Virus record (IMG/VR): IMGVR_UViG_3300045988_157946
Length of the DNA stretch: 38,786 bases
Origin: a virus
Direction: 5' to 3' (one strand)
A program made the position numbers and the translations under genes. The notes under the pieces were generated by a model, which was given only the letters and a program-made list of their open reading frames with translations, had not been told where the DNA came from and did no database searches. This document shows positions 38,737 through 38,786 of the stretch, in pieces (the first letter of the stretch is position 1; every line of letters begins with the position of its first letter).

Positions 38737-38786
38737 GGCGCAGATGTGGGGATTCGAACCCCAGAAGCCTCGTTAAAGACTTACAC
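38736..38786 (-). tRNA. 3' end of a class-II tRNA gene, read as tRNA-Ser(GGA), truncated by the window edge
   Basis: The reverse complement reads ..CTGGGGTTCGAATCCCCACATCTGCGCCA, giving the T-arm, the acceptor 3' strand, discriminator G and an encoded CCA. The anticodon is inferred from the duplicated copy at 1..57. Confidence 0.7.
38743..38786. repeat. attR core (direct repeat, identical to 1..44)
   Basis: Exact 44-nt match to the window start. Confidence 0.9.

Larger units (their letters stand above)
1..38786. mobile_element. Complete integrated temperate prophage bounded by att direct repeats in a tRNA-Ser gene
   Basis: Identical 44-nt repeats at both window ends. A tyrosine integrase sits next to the right repeat and there is a divergent repressor/cro switch. 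Replication, packaging, head, tail and lysis genes are colinear on the - strand. Confidence 0.9.

Overview
The whole window is one integrated temperate prophage of about 38.7 kb. It is bracketed by identical 44-nt direct repeats (1..44 and 38743..38786) that are the 3' part of a minus-strand class-II tRNA, read as tRNA-Ser(GGA). RBS style, a CHAP/SH3b lysin and an XRE+ImmA switch suggest a low-GC Firmicutes (Clostridia-like) host. This is an inference.

Gene map:
- Right end, + strand (lysogeny module): CI-like XRE repressor, ImmA/IrrE metalloprotease, a 2-TM protein and a tyrosine integrase.
- Minus strand, from 35631 down to 1644 (lytic genes, colinear): cro-like HTH; early small genes; a replication/modification block (DnaD-C-like organiser, SSB, C5 DNA methyltransferase, nucleoside deoxyribosyltransferase-like protein, pC194/Rep_1-like HUH initiator); TerS; TerL; portal; Prp-like cysteine protease; scaffold; major capsid; two small head/connector proteins; a 1104-aa tail protein; two paralogous Q/N/Y-rich proteins; a 3,543-codon giant ORF; a BppU-N/collagen-like tail fibre; and the lysis genes.
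- Left end, + strand: a separately promoted two-gene cassette (XRE-HTH protein plus a 200-aa unknown) next to attL.

I saw no tape measure, tail tube or sheath genes. The order portal-scaffold-capsid-adaptor/nozzle-internal proteins-fibre is T7-like, so I infer a podovirus-like virion.

Most noteworthy findings:
1. The giant modular ORF occupies 27% of the genome. I read it as an ejected 'polyvalent' protein.
2. A protein-like 78-codon ORF is nested out of frame inside a low-complexity linker of that giant ORF.
3. The 10-mer GGGTGTGACA lies exactly 19 nt upstream of a -10 hexamer, three times: before terS, the scaffold gene and the tail fibre gene. This looks like a late-promoter code.
4. A phage-encoded Prp-like protease has matching QLF^AD motifs at the N-termini of the scaffold and capsid proteins.
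5. Twin CUUAA-loop hairpins lie in the scaffold 5' UTR.
6. The methyltransferase block is bracketed by 39-bp direct repeats.
7. Lysogen-expressed cargo candidates sit at both prophage ends.

All homology statements come from reading motifs by eye. No database search was run.
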